Below are positions 46,272 through 53,526 of a DNA stretch of 64,000 nucleotides, piece by piece. Both the position numbers and the translations under genes were made by a program. The notes beneath the pieces are model-generated. The model saw only the letters and a list, made by a program, of their open reading frames with translations, did no database searches and had not been told where the DNA came from. The DNA is from a virus. The stretch covers positions 37,218 through 101,217 of IMG/VR virus record IMGVR_UViG_3300029787_000003. The stretch is one strand, 5' to 3'. The first letter of the stretch is position 1, and the number at the start of each line of letters is the position of its first letter.

Positions 46272-46651
46272 ACAAATATCTACCACGTCATAAACTATTC
46301 ATTAATATACAGCATCGTGGCCTTAAACGTGAGGGAGGTGCTTTCGGCTATTGTGATATTGACCCTGACTTTGGCGATATAGCAAGGCCACGTGACTTCA
46401 CTATTGATATACAGGCAAATCTAAATCCCACTCTATATGCGATTACACTTATACATGAGTTAATACATTTGAGACAATGGGTTAGAGGTCAGTTAACAAT
46501 GAAGTCAGGTCGTAATACATGGGATGGTATTGTAGTATCCGAATTAGATTACTGCATACAACCGCATGAGATAGAGGCTTTCGATAATGAATGGCCATAT
46601 TATAGGGATTACATCTTTGATACAAAAGGAGACTGGCTTGGCGATGAATGA
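46199..46651 (+). CDS. Putative zinc metallopeptidase (HExxH)
   Basis: TLIHELIHLRQW...PHEIEA. Confidence 0.7.
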   Translation: MYHLQTCGYGYSTTACTDIVDWFINKYLPRHKLFINIQHRGLKREGGAFGYCDIDPDFGDIARPRDFTIDIQANLNPTLYAITLIHELIHLRQWVRGQLTMKSGRNTWDGIVVSELDYCIQPHEIEAFDNEWPYYRDYIFDTKGDWLGDE

Positions 46652-46817
46652 TAAAGAAATCACAACACTACTTAATGCTATTAAATCTTACATGAATAAT
46701 TCAGAACAATCAATCTTTGAGTACTATCTTCGGGAGGAACATCACAAAGACTTAGAAGAGAAGGCCGCACAGTTAGAGGTAACTGTTGATTATTACATAT
46801 CGGAGTTCCTATCATGA
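46644..46817 (+). CDS. Small hypothetical protein (MNDKEITT...EVTVDYYISEFL)
   Basis: Internal ATG of track ORF 46587. Confidence 0.6.
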   Translation: MNDKEITTLLNAIKSYMNNSEQSIFEYYLREEHHKDLEEKAAQLEVTVDYYISEFLS

Positions 46818-46897
46818 TATACGTAACAGCCTTCACTATCGCCATTATTTGTGGTATAATATATACTGTACTAAGGTATTACAACCCACATAATTGA
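46814..46897 (+). CDS. Single-TM micropeptide, 27 aa (MIYVTAFTIAIICGIIYTVLRYYNPHN)
   Basis: Hand translation; ATGA coupling; GGAG Shine-Dalgarno. Confidence 0.5.
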   Translation: MIYVTAFTIAIICGIIYTVLRYYNPHN

Positions 46898-47128
46898 ATG
46901 GCCGATCCTATCAAGTATTTGTACATTCTAAATTATTGGGAACCTAAAAGAGAAGGTATTTTAAATGTAATAGCAGAGAATGATGAGGAGTGTCTTACAA
47001 TACTATCATCCGAAGAGTCATTCCCTAAAGAATGGGAATCACTTATATGGCCTGCTATACAGAACGCACAAAAACTAACTCTTACAACCAATTACAAATC
47101 AGACTTAATTGAGGCCTTTATTCCATGA
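46898..47128 (+). CDS. Hypothetical protein
   Basis: YLYILNYW...GILNVIAEND.EC. Confidence 0.65.
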   Translation: MADPIKYLYILNYWEPKREGILNVIAENDEECLTILSSEESFPKEWESLIWPAIQNAQKLTLTTNYKSDLIEAFIP

Positions 47129-47337
47129 CCCCTAAACCAGAACTACATCCCAGAGATCCTAACGACAATGTACCCAGATATGCACTATATGAAATGCAAA
47201 CTTCTGGATGGGAGATAGTAGAGATCGAACAAGAAGTATGTAACTATCTCACTAAAGAGAATGTACAACATTTTCAACAACTGATGTTAGACAATGGGTG
47301 TTCCCCTGATCGTATCAAAGTTGTAAGAGTAGCATAA
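47125..47337 (+). CDS. Hypothetical protein
   Basis: Track ORF; ATGA coupling. Confidence 0.6.
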   Translation: MTPKPELHPRDPNDNVPRYALYEMQTSGWEIVEIEQEVCNYLTKENVQHFQQLMLDNGCSPDRIKVVRVA

Positions 47338-47745
47338 ATGTATGAACCTGAGGTCAATGACTACGTTATATGGACTACACAGTTGGGTCAGGTACATGAG
47401 GGATGGGTATATTGGAAGGGAGATCCAATAGAACCTAAAAGAGGATGGCCAACACCAACTGATTATATCACTATAGAGATAGGAACTAAGGAAAGAGAAG
47501 TATGTGAATACACAGTTGATAAACCAGTTAAGCATAAGAAACATCATATATGTTTGTTGTGTTATAAACATCAATGGAATGAACTGAAATTTGTAAGGAA
47601 AAGAGTATCTAAAACAGACAATCGTGATCCTAATGAACTGACTAAAGAGAACATAAAGCAACAGGAATATACAGATTATGATAGTCCTGAGAACCTAAGT
47701 TATGGTGCATATAAGAGTCAGAGACACAGATACATAGATCCTTAA
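47338..47745 (+). CDS. Hypothetical protein
   Basis: MYEPEVNDYVIW...EGWVYW...YITIEIG. Confidence 0.7.
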   Translation: MYEPEVNDYVIWTTQLGQVHEGWVYWKGDPIEPKRGWPTPTDYITIEIGTKEREVCEYTVDKPVKHKKHHICLLCYKHQWNELKFVRKRVSKTDNRDPNELTKENIKQQEYTDYDSPENLSYGAYKSQRHRYIDP

Positions 47746-47828
47746 CGGAAATGTATCAGGCTTTGATACAAAAAGTATCTAAAAATAGGTTTTAAATGGC
47801 TTTATAAATATAAAACTGTTAATTATCT

Positions 47829-47930
47829 GATTCTCAATAAGCATCTGTTATTGATAGTCAATAGTGTGTATTATTGATTCTCAATAGGTATCTAATATTC
47901 TCATAAGCATCTCTTAAACATCTCATAAAG
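47829..47930 (+). repeat. Cluster of ATTCTCA(A)TAAG-like direct repeats in an AT-rich non-coding region
   Basis: Copies at 47829, 47876, 47897 and 47920; further copies at 48484, 48507 and inverted at 48526. Confidence 0.6.
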
Positions 47931-48078
47931 GGTCAGATCTTATGCAAGTTTAGCGAGCGTAGCATGAGACGAGCGTTTCGTCAAGGCCACGGATCGAAAT
48001 TTTCCCAGAGAAGGCAGGTTTTATGTGTATTTCGTTACATTATAAGCACTTATAGTATAAATATACTACATTGTGTTG

Positions 48079-48115
48079 ACTACGAGATCTTTACTACGAG
48101 ATTTCACTACGAGAT
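48079..48115 (+). repeat. Three tandem ACTACGAGAT repeats (iteron-like)
   Basis: Copies at 48079, 48093 and 48106; more (Y)ACGAGAT variants out to 48343. Confidence 0.75.
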
Positions 48116-48117
48116 AC

Positions 48118-48146
48118 TTGACAATCTAGTCGAGATCATGTATAAT
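48118..48146 (+). promoter_or_regulatory. Consensus sigma70 promoter
   Basis: TTGACA-17 nt-TATAAT immediately after the repeats. Confidence 0.8.
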
Positions 48147-48182
48147 CATTATATACAAAGCTCAATTCTCTACTAGATTCTC

Positions 48183-48335
48183 ATGGAAGATTACGTTTGG
48201 GACTACGAGATCTCCTGCCACGATCTCGACGAGAATTACACATACAATATGCAAGATGACATGCATGATCTCGACGAGGAATACGCACGAGATTCATACA
48301 CATACACAGAGCTTGCATATGTACATTATGCGTAA
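48183..48335 (+). CDS. Acidic, Tyr-rich micropeptide, 50 aa (MEDYVWDYEISCHDLDENY...)
   Basis: Hand translation; downstream of the consensus promoter; internal HDLDE repeat. Confidence 0.5.
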   Translation: MEDYVWDYEISCHDLDENYTYNMQDDMHDLDEEYARDSYTYTELAYVHYA

Positions 48336-48402
48336 TACGAGATATGTGTACATTCACGTACATACATAATGATACATTCGTACTAGACACACACATTCCT
48401 AC

Positions 48403-48460
48403 ATTATAGCACGTGGGTCATGTGATGGTGCATGGTGTGTGCAGGTTTATGAGGTGTCAC
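48403..48460 (-). promoter_or_regulatory. Palindrome-box promoter module, leftward
   Basis: Minus strand: GTGACAC-CTCATAAA-CCTGCAC, 30 nt, TATAAT. Confidence 0.55.
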
Positions 48461-48623
48461 AACCTCTTTTTTTATTTCTTTTCATTCTCAATAAGGATTC
48501 GTTATTGATTCTCATTAAGTTTTTGTTATTGAGAATGTTACTTAGTGTTGCTAATAATATTTCATCGCAGGGGCCGTGACGAAGATTTTATAGTTCGTAC
48601 CCCCGAACTTTTTTCATACCTTT

Positions 48624-48681
48624 ATTATAACACCTCGGCCGACCTTTTCAACCAGCTGAGTGCCACTAATTTAAGTGTCAC
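48624..48681 (-). promoter_or_regulatory. Leftward promoter sharing the palindrome of module 8
   Basis: Minus-strand TATAAT (48629-48624) 30 nt from the palindrome; TTGAAA 16 nt upstream of it. Confidence 0.6.
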
Positions 48682-48717
48682 ATGAAATCCCCATTCGTGG
48701 TGGATCTGGTTTATATT
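48660..48717 (+). promoter_or_regulatory. Palindrome-box promoter module 8
   Basis: GTGCCAC-TAATTTAA-GTGTCAC, 30 nt, TATATT. Confidence 0.7.
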
Positions 48718-48723
48718 AAGTGT

Positions 48724-48942
48724 ATGGAAAATTTTTTAACGATCAACGGGAAATCTTATTCTCACAAACAGATAAATCTGATTCGTGATTTTTTCACGGA
48801 CGATCAGTGGACTGTCATAGACGGTGCGTTGAGTGAGTTCAAGGATCATGATCCAGATTATCTTGAGGAGGTCTACGGATCTGAAAACATTCTCACGGAA
48901 ACTTTGGATATCATCTCTGAAGTTTACCGTAGTGCCTACTAA
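48724..48942 (+). CDS. Small acidic protein (MENFLTINGKSYS...)
   Basis: ATG immediately after the promoter, so probably leaderless or nearly so. Confidence 0.65.
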   Translation: MENFLTINGKSYSHKQINLIRDFFTDDQWTVIDGALSEFKDHDPDYLEEVYGSENILTETLDIISEVYRSAY

Positions 48943-48990
48943 CAAACTGGCACACCACCTCTTGCAAAAGAGGGCGGCCTAGATTATATT
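48932..48990 (+). promoter_or_regulatory. Palindrome-box promoter module 9
   Basis: GTGCCTA-CTAACAAA-CTGGCAC, 31 nt, TATATT; TTGCAA 17 nt upstream of the -10. Confidence 0.7.
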
Positions 48991-48995
48991 AGAAA

Positions 48996-49077
48996 TGTGG
49001 CAGGATCTATCGTAGTTATGACACGGTTGGATTTATCCGTAAAAGATACCGTTAGGATCATAGAACGTAAGACCACA
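48996..49077 (+). ncRNA. Candidate structured leader RNA
   Basis: TGTGG/CCACA, TCTAT/ATAGA and ACGGT/ACCGT nested stems. Confidence 0.4.
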
Positions 49078-49100
49078 CGCAAACCACACCACAAAAACAC

Positions 49101-49232
49101 ATGGAATACGAAGACCTCTTGTTGCAAGAATTGATGGAAACACCTGGTGAACTCTACGACCTGCCAGAAATGAAGCAGGATGACAAGTTCGATGTTGAAT
49201 CGTATATTGAGAAATCCGATTTTACGTGGTGA
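49101..49232 (+). CDS. Acidic micropeptide, 43 aa (MEYEDLLLQELMETP...)
   Basis: Hand translation. Confidence 0.55.
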   Translation: MEYEDLLLQELMETPGELYDLPEMKQDDKFDVESYIEKSDFTW

Positions 49233-49249
49233 TCAAATAATATTAAACA

Positions 49250-49387
49250 ATGAAATCACAAGTAACCCTAAAAAACACCAAAGCAGAAATCTTTCAAGCC
49301 TTTTTACAAAATAGAGACGCATTGGAGGAGAGGAACTGTTTAGTTATCCTTAGTATAGTTCTTTTTTGTTTCGTTTGTCTCACGTAG
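49250..49387 (+). CDS. Micropeptide with C-terminal TM segment, 45 aa (MKSQVTLKNTKAEIF...)
   Basis: Hand translation. Confidence 0.5.
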   Translation: MKSQVTLKNTKAEIFQAFLQNRDALEERNCLVILSIVLFCFVCLT

Positions 49388-49444
49388 TAGACAGTTATTA
49401 AAGTGGCCTATCTGTACACACAGAGGGTCATTTTTTGTTATAAT
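49388..49444 (+). promoter_or_regulatory. Palindrome-box promoter module 10
   Basis: TAGACAG-TTATTAAA-GTGGCCT, 29 nt, TATAAT. Confidence 0.65.
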
Positions 49445-49472
49445 GAGTATGTACACAAAAACACATTAGTAA

Positions 49473-49637
49473 ATGAGTTACACAAGAAACGAACGAGCTC
49501 TGTTAAATCTACAGAACGATATCAACAAATTATTTGATTATGTTGGTGAAGAAAACGACCAAATTCCATTCACCTCGTTAAGAACATTTGAAAAGGCTTG
49601 TGTTGCATTCGTTAACGCTATTGAGGTTGAGTCATGA
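49473..49637 (+). CDS. Small protein, 54 aa (MSYTRNERALLNL...)
   Basis: Hand translation; ATGA coupling to the next ORF. Confidence 0.55.
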   Translation: MSYTRNERALLNLQNDINKLFDYVGEENDQIPFTSLRTFEKACVAFVNAIEVES

Positions 49638-49900
49638 TAGGTACCGCACCAACAATGAGAATGTATGAGTCAATACACCTTGGCCATACATTTTGGATAG
49701 ACGATGACGGCCTGTTCATGAGTTGCCCAACTTTCAAGGATGGATCCGTGGATATGGAAAATGCGGTGAGCGTGTACGACTGGGAGAACTGGGAAGAGGC
49801 CCACCCACATTTACCACACTTAATGCACGTGAACCAGATTTGTATACTAAAGAGAGACTCAGATAAGATAGACTATTATTCAAAATTATTCGCACAATAG
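49634..49900 (+). CDS. Hypothetical protein
   Basis: FWIDDDGLFMSCPTFKDGSVD. Confidence 0.65.
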   Translation: MIGTAPTMRMYESIHLGHTFWIDDDGLFMSCPTFKDGSVDMENAVSVYDWENWEEAHPHLPHLMHVNQICILKRDSDKIDYYSKLFAQ

Positions 49901-49958
49901 TGGCCAGTAATTAAACTGTCCACCATCACCCCACTATCACCTGATCCTAGGTTATAGT
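49901..49958 (+). promoter_or_regulatory. Palindrome-box promoter module 11
   Basis: TGGCCAG-TAATTAAA-CTGTCCA, 30 nt, TATAGT-AAGTACATA. Confidence 0.7.
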
Positions 49959-49985
49959 AAGTACATACAACAAAAGGAGCAAATT

Positions 49986-50210
49986 ATGCAACTCACCCCA
50001 ATTGCGTCAAACATGACACAAGTTGATCTCAACGGTTTTCAAGTTTTATTTTCATATAGAACCCCTGTTGCCTGTATATCTGATGATAACCAATATTATA
50101 GAACAGAAAAGTTTTGGTCAGTTACCACCAGTAGACACATTAACAAATGGTTAGATGGTGAAGTAGCAGCAGAGCAACCCCAAACATATTTCGACAATTT
50201 GGCCAATTAA
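49986..50210 (+). CDS. Conserved phage hypothetical protein
   Basis: VLFSYRTPVA...WSVTTSRHINKW. Confidence 0.7.
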   Translation: MQLTPIASNMTQVDLNGFQVLFSYRTPVACISDDNQYYRTEKFWSVTTSRHINKWLDGEVAAEQPQTYFDNLAN

Positions 50211-50257
50211 CAGGCTGTCCACTATAGCCCCATTCGTGATGCGTTTGGGGTTATAAT
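50200..50257 (+). promoter_or_regulatory. Palindrome-box promoter module 12
   Basis: TGGCCAA-TTAACAGG-CTGTCCA, 30 nt, TATAAT-AAGTATGTA. Confidence 0.7.
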
Positions 50258-50283
50258 AAGTATGTACACAAATGAAGGACTCT

Positions 50284-50418
50284 ATGACCTACACTACCGA
50301 CCAATTCAACAAAGACGTTTCAGAGTTGAGAAGATTGATAAAAATGTGCGACGATTTACAGAAGAAGCAAGATAAAAACACAACTTACTTAATAAACCAA
50401 TTCAACGGAGGTAAGTAA
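50284..50418 (+). CDS. Small protein, 44 aa (MTYTTDQFNKDVSEL...)
   Basis: Hand translation; AGGA Shine-Dalgarno. Confidence 0.55.
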   Translation: MTYTTDQFNKDVSELRRLIKMCDDLQKKQDKNTTYLINQFNGGK

Positions 50419-50421
50419 TCA

Positions 50422-51354
50422 ATGAAAAATATACACTTAGAACACCCCGAAGACACAATTTTAACAGGAGATCTATCCGTATTAGATGCGTTAGAGTTAG
50501 AGCAGGAAATATCCGTCAAGTATGACGGAGCTCCCGCTATCGTATGGGGAAAGAACCCAGCCACAGGCCGTCAGTTCGTAGGCACGAAATCCGTATTTAA
50601 TAAAGTTAAAATCAAGATTTGTGAAAGCCCAGCTGATGTAATGACTCATTACGAGGGCCACCCTGTTCAAGATATTTTACTTGAGTGTTTGAAATACTTA
50701 CCAGACACAGAAAATATCTATCAAGGTGATTTTATCGGCTTCGGTGGTGAAACAGAATATCAGCCAAATACTTTGGTTTATGATTTTGATGATGAAGTAA
50801 AAGAACAAATAATAGTAGCTCCACATACACAGTACACCACAACAACAACTTTAAAAGATGCAGAAGCAAAACCAATTAAGTCTAATCTTGACGGCACTTT
50901 TGACTGTTTATTCATTAAGCCTAACGCAGGTACTAGTATAGGCCAATACAATAGATACGGATCTAAGTTTGATTTTAAAAACTATCTTAAGTTCGTTAAA
51001 CAGATGGCCAGCATGGTTACGTTTTTAACTGCAACAGATGCAAAAGCCATGAAAACTGAATTAAATAGGTATATCAGAAATGGCCATTATATTCACCCCG
51101 AAGATTTCGGTAATGAGTTATTAATTTCGTTGTGGGTGAGTGTTAAAAACTTAAAGATGATGGCTTTGAGCCAGTGCCGTCATAGGTGGGGCCCTGATGC
51201 GTACTTGATGGATGAGGGAGGAAACCCAGAGCTTATTGATGCTGAGGGCTACGTAATTCATAATAAAATAGGATCATACAAATTAATCGACAGAGAATGG
51301 TTTAGCCATGCAAACTTTAACAACACCAGATGGGCCAATGCGAAAACTAACTGA
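50422..51354 (+). CDS. Unknown protein with ligase/nucleotidyltransferase-like motifs (DUF6267-like)
   Basis: HLEHPED, SVKYDGAP, YQGDF, EGYVI, YKLIDR. Confidence 0.7.
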   Translation: MKNIHLEHPEDTILTGDLSVLDALELEQEISVKYDGAPAIVWGKNPATGRQFVGTKSVFNKVKIKICESPADVMTHYEGHPVQDILLECLKYLPDTENIYQGDFIGFGGETEYQPNTLVYDFDDEVKEQIIVAPHTQYTTTTTLKDAEAKPIKSNLDGTFDCLFIKPNAGTSIGQYNRYGSKFDFKNYLKFVKQMASMVTFLTATDAKAMKTELNRYIRNGHYIHPEDFGNELLISLWVSVKNLKMMALSQCRHRWGPDAYLMDEGGNPELIDAEGYVIHNKIGSYKLIDREWFSHANFNNTRWANAKTN

Positions 51355-51604
51355 CACGGAATTTAACTATCTTAAGGAGCTCTACGTTGACAGAATCGTA
51401 GAGGGCATGATGACAAAAGACTTAGTTCGTTATGTTATGGAACGCGAGCAAGAGTGGATCGACTCTTTAACCTATACTGAGGCTATGGATGAGTTGGAAA
51501 GTTATTTTGACGAAATGTTCACGGATACTGTAGAGGAAGCCCTAGCCGATGTCAAGGAATTTGGGCCAGATTACAAACCGTCCACTGAAGACACACGTTT
51601 CTAG
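51338..51604 (+). CDS. Small acidic protein (MRKLTDTEF...)
   Basis: Internal ATG of track ORF 51308. Confidence 0.6.
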   Translation: MRKLTDTEFNYLKELYVDRIVEGMMTKDLVRYVMEREQEWIDSLTYTEAMDELESYFDEMFTDTVEEALADVKEFGPDYKPSTEDTRF

Positions 51605-51619
51605 CCAATGCGTTATAAT
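51563..51619 (+). promoter_or_regulatory. Palindrome-box promoter module 13
   Basis: GGGCCAG-ATTACAAA-CCGTCCA, 29 nt, TATAAT-AAGTACATA. Confidence 0.7.
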
Positions 51620-51645
51620 AAGTACATACACAAAAGGATTTCTTT

Positions 51646-52062
51646 ATGACTTCATTAGACACAACACTAGGCACTTCAGAGTTAACCGAAGAGTTAATTA
51701 AAGAGTACATAGAGGATGAGGGCTATGAGAGAGAAGATATGGAGGAATTCATCAAGGAGCACGGTGACAGGGCTTTCCAGTTAGATTATCAGGACTATTT
51801 GGCCGCAATTGATGATATGGGCTCTGAAGTAGTCGAAGCATTTATTGAGGAGTTTTCAATCAATGACGTAAGTAGCTGCCGTGATGCGTACATGGGCTGT
51901 TACAGATCAGGTGCAGAATTTGCAGAGCAAATGGCCTCCGACTGTGGCGAAGTGATGAACCCGATGGCCAGCTGGATAGAGATCGACTGGGAGAAGAGCT
52001 GGGAAAATTTATCCTACGACTATTGCGAATACGACGGACACATATTCAGCCAGTATTATTAG
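51646..52062 (+). CDS. ArdA-like antirestriction protein (acidic DNA mimic)
   Basis: Very acidic; AYMGCYRSGAEFAEQ...WIEIDWEKSWENL..DY resembles the ArdA C-terminal domain. Confidence 0.6.
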   Translation: MTSLDTTLGTSELTEELIKEYIEDEGYEREDMEEFIKEHGDRAFQLDYQDYLAAIDDMGSEVVEAFIEEFSINDVSSCRDAYMGCYRSGAEFAEQMASDCGEVMNPMASWIEIDWEKSWENLSYDYCEYDGHIFSQYY

Positions 52063-52105
52063 TGGCACACGGGCCCTTTCATTAGGGCCCATTATCCCTT
52101 ATAAT
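52047..52105 (+). promoter_or_regulatory. Palindrome-box promoter module 14
   Basis: CAGCCAG-TATTATTA-GTGGCAC, 31 nt, TATAAT. Confidence 0.7.
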
Positions 52106-52136
52106 AAGAATAACAAACAAACAAAGTTTTAAAACT

Positions 52137-52421
52137 ATGTACGATCCAAACGACCTAAAGGAATTAACTTCAGACATTATGTACACAGAAAGAGTGATCC
52201 GCAAGCCAAACAAAGTCGTAAGATATTATTTTGAAAATGGATATGGAGCCAGCGTAGCATGCCATGAGGGATCATATGGTGGCCCAGATGGACTGTATGA
52301 AATGGCCCTGTTGAAAGGAGATAATTTACATTATGACGAAAGCGGGATTTGGGCTGATGTAATAGGCTATCTCACATTTGCGGAAGTTTGGGCATATATG
52401 AAGGAGATTGCAGAGTATTAG
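52137..52421 (+). CDS. Conserved phage hypothetical protein
   Basis: FENGYGASV..H..SYGG..GLYEMALL. Confidence 0.7.
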   Translation: MYDPNDLKELTSDIMYTERVIRKPNKVVRYYFENGYGASVACHEGSYGGPDGLYEMALLKGDNLHYDESGIWADVIGYLTFAEVWAYMKEIAEY

Positions 52422-52479
52422 GCCACTTCACAAAGTGGCACTCAACTGCTTGCAAAGTGACCCCTTTTGTGTGTATAAT
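52420..52479 (+). promoter_or_regulatory. Palindrome-box promoter module 15
   Basis: AGGCCAC-TTCACAAA-GTGGCAC, 32 nt, TATAAT; TTGCAA at -35. Confidence 0.7.
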
Positions 52480-52514
52480 AGTAGTATACAAAGTTCAAAA
52501 CAGATTTAAAAATT

Positions 52515-52691
52515 ATGTTCACTATTCAAAAATTCATCGAAGTTCCAAATACAAATATTAAGGAACCTGTCACAGGTTTTGCTGATGACCTATGCTACGA
52601 CATGGCACAGCAATTTGGTCATGCTCAAATCGTTTGGTATGCTCTAAACGGAAACCGCGTTGTTGACGGAGAGTATACAGACAAAGACTAA
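52515..52691 (+). CDS. Small protein, 58 aa (MFTIQKFIEVP...)
   Basis: Hand translation. Confidence 0.6.
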   Translation: MFTIQKFIEVPNTNIKEPVTGFADDLCYDMAQQFGHAQIVWYALNGNRVVDGEYTDKD

Positions 52692-52736
52692 ACTGTCACA
52701 CGGGCCCTTCCATTAGGGCCCATTATCCATTATAAT
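52678..52736 (+). promoter_or_regulatory. Palindrome-box promoter module 16
   Basis: CAGACAA-AGACTAAA-CTGTCAC, 31 nt, TATAAT-AAGTACATA. Confidence 0.7.
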
Positions 52737-52764
52737 AAGTACATACACAAAAGGAGTTTCACAC

Positions 52765-53007
52765 ATGATCCAAACAAAGACAGAAAGATTAATAAACAGA
52801 ATCAAAGAAAAAGAGTCATTCAATGACGTGGCTTATGTTTGCGAAGATTTCGAAACATTTATTGAAGAAGTGGCTGAGTGGGGAGTAGACCACGCAGCAG
52901 GAGTTGACTTTGACGACCCAGAGCTAAACCTTGAGCAGTTAGACGCATATTTTGCATCTTTCGGCTGCACACCTTCAAACCCTCATCCAGCTGGGAGGTA
53001 CGCATAA
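52765..53007 (+). CDS. Small acidic protein
   Basis: Track ORF; AGGAG Shine-Dalgarno. Confidence 0.65.
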   Translation: MIQTKTERLINRIKEKESFNDVAYVCEDFETFIEEVAEWGVDHAAGVDFDDPELNLEQLDAYFASFGCTPSNPHPAGRYA

Positions 53008-53156
53008 TGAGCCACCCAGTAAACGACTCAATTTTAGAAACCCTCTTTGAAGAGGCCCTCGCAGAAATCGGAATTGCTGAGGATTCCCCATTCTTTGCAG
53101 ATGCTGAGAAAATAGCAGGGGAAATGGCCATGAACAAATTCTTAGAGATGGGCTAA
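53007..53156 (+). CDS. Small acidic protein, 49 aa (MSHPVNDSILETLFEE...)
   Basis: Hand translation; TAATG coupling. Confidence 0.6.
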   Translation: MSHPVNDSILETLFEEALAEIGIAEDSPFFADAEKIAGEMAMNKFLEMG

Positions 53157-53174
53157 GAAAAGTCAAGCGGGTGA

Positions 53175-53231
53175 GTGCCACTTAATGAACTGGCCCTATA
53201 CTCACCACGCTGCCATAAAATCCGTTATAAT
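53175..53231 (+). promoter_or_regulatory. Palindrome-box promoter module 17
   Basis: GTGCCAC-TTAATGAA-CTGGCCC, 29 nt, TATAAT. Confidence 0.7.
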
Positions 53232-53259
53232 AATAGTATAAACAAAAGGAGATCCACTC

Positions 53260-53526
53260 ATGGTTCAAACAACATTCAATCTTTCAGACATAGGCACAGA
53301 TACTTACAACGGATGGAAGAACTGGACTACATGGAACGTCGCCCTATGGATTAACAATGACATGGGTTTCTATGGTGTAGCACAACAGGTGGAAACATTC
53401 GGAGAGTTTTTACTTTGGATCTTACCAGAGGACGGAACAGGCGATTTCAAAACACCTGATGGAGCAATCTGGCAGGAAGCAGATTTAACAGAAATGACAG
53501 AATTAATACAGGAGATCAAAGCATGA
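53260..53526 (+). CDS. Conserved phage hypothetical protein
   Basis: YNGWKNWTTWNVALWINND...TPDG. Confidence 0.7.
   Translation: MVQTTFNLSDIGTDTYNGWKNWTTWNVALWINNDMGFYGVAQQVETFGEFLLWILPEDGTGDFKTPDGAIWQEADLTEMTELIQEIKA

Noticed and set aside
47964-48396. Track ORFs 47964-48176 (+) and 48181-48396 (-)
   Set aside because: They overlap the repeats and promoter, have atypical composition and poor ribosome-binding sites; the minus one is kept only as a possible antisense product
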